NCBI RefSeq assembly: GCF_030684315.1
Contig: NC_081396.1
Coordinates: forward strand, 1,178,001-1,242,000
DNA: 64,000 nt
Reading direction: 5' to 3'
Source: Stegostoma tigrinum
Taxonomy: Eukaryota
Part shown: positions 63,040-64,000 of the stretch, in pieces
How the letters are laid out: each line of letters opens with the position of its first letter
Numbering within the stretch: the stretch's first letter is position 1
The notes under the pieces: generated by a model
What the model was told of the DNA's origin: nothing
Seen by the model: the letters and a program-made list of their open reading frames with translations, nothing else
Database searches by the model: none
Position numbers and translations under genes: made by a program

Positions 63040-64000
63040 CCGAATGACCCGAGAAACAGTTAGATTTTCAAATTATCAGAAAGAGTCAGTTCAAAACTTA
63101 GAACAGGAGACCACAGGTGAGGCCGCAGAGGACTGGATAATAATCAATATCGTGTTACGTTTCAAAGGCGTATCAAGAACAATCCAGGAAATTGCAGGTC
63201 CGTAAAGCTAGCGTGTTTAGTAGCGAAATTATTGGAAAAGATTCTAAGGTCCGACAGCTATGCAGATTTAGTAGCAAATTGAGTTATTAGCTGTTTTTTG
63301 TGCAGAGGAAGCCAATTGATCACAAACTCGATCAAGTCTTTTGAGGATTTGACAAAGATAATGAAGAGGAAAGTGTTTATTGTACTGTACATGGACTTCA
63401 GCAAAGACTTTGAGAGGGTCCCTTGTGGGAGGCTGGCACAAAAGTTGAAGTCACATGATGTCAGGGATGAGCTGTCAAGATGGATCCAGAACTGTGATAA
63501 TGGGAACTACAGATGCTGAAGAATCCAAGATAACAAAGTGTGGAGCTGGATGAACACAGCAGGTCAAGCAGCATCTCAGGAGCACAAAAGCTGACGTCTC
63601 GGGTCTGTTATACGAATGGGCACTATGTTGTCTACCAGGTGCCAGTGTCTGTGATGTCTCACATCGTGTCTTCAAGATCCGTAAGAAGGTGGATAAGCAA
63701 CCAACAGTCATGGTACATATCGGTATCAATGACATGGGTAGGAAAAGGACTGAGAAAGTGAAAAACATTTCAAGGAGTCTGAACTCTTGGCTTGGCCTGT
63801 TGTGTTCATCCAGATCCACATTTTGCTAACTTGGATCCAGAACTGGTTTTTCATAGGACACAAAATATGGAGATGGAAGTTTGCTTTGCAGAGTAAGGAT
63901 TTGTTACAAACAGGTGTTCCATAGACATAAGAGCTGAGATTTTTGCTGTTCGTAGTCTGCATGAACATTTTGGAGCTATACGAGGCTGGTCTAATTGTGA
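63040..64000 (+). mobile_element. Decayed CR1 ORF2 with a composite insertion at 63495-63831
   Basis: YMDFSKDFERVPCGRLAQKLKSH...WIQN; host resumes after the duplicated TGGATCCAGAACTG. Confidence 0.8.

Noticed and set aside
1-64000. NAR-TCR cassette, D/J/C segments, tRNA/rRNA genes, CRISPR arrays and other protein-coding genes
   Set aside because: I saw no NAR V, FGxG/WGxG J with 12-RSS, or C1 exon. tRNA-like heads belong to SINEs. The DNA is eukaryotic with no spacer-repeat array. Remaining short ORFs are transposon-derived or lack recognisable motifs.

Overview
Vertebrate genomic DNA, most likely from a cartilaginous fish (inferred from the V-gene families and the CR1/Penelope/tRNA-SINE repeat content). 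It has one 128-N gap. The window is part of the variable-segment array of a T-cell receptor alpha/delta locus. Three leader-intron-V-RSS genes are intact: two TRAV/TRDV-type genes on + (41765-42204 and 59117-59558) and one immunoglobulin heavy-chain-like V gene on - (17016-16541). The latter has its own 23-bp RSS but no D, J or C segment that I could find, which fits a TCR-associated Ig-like V (TAILV/VH-delta). About ten V pseudogenes lie in both orientations, one probably a second VH-like V. The rest is dense in CR1 LINEs (one near full length), Penelope-like elements with hammerhead-ribozyme cores, tRNA-derived SINEs and two Gypsy remnants. Also notable are an old inverted duplication of a V cassette, a triplicated exon-like module and several locally templated or chimeric insertions. 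Most ORFs in the supplied track are spurious or transposon-derived. Repeat boundaries are approximate and all alignments were done by eye.
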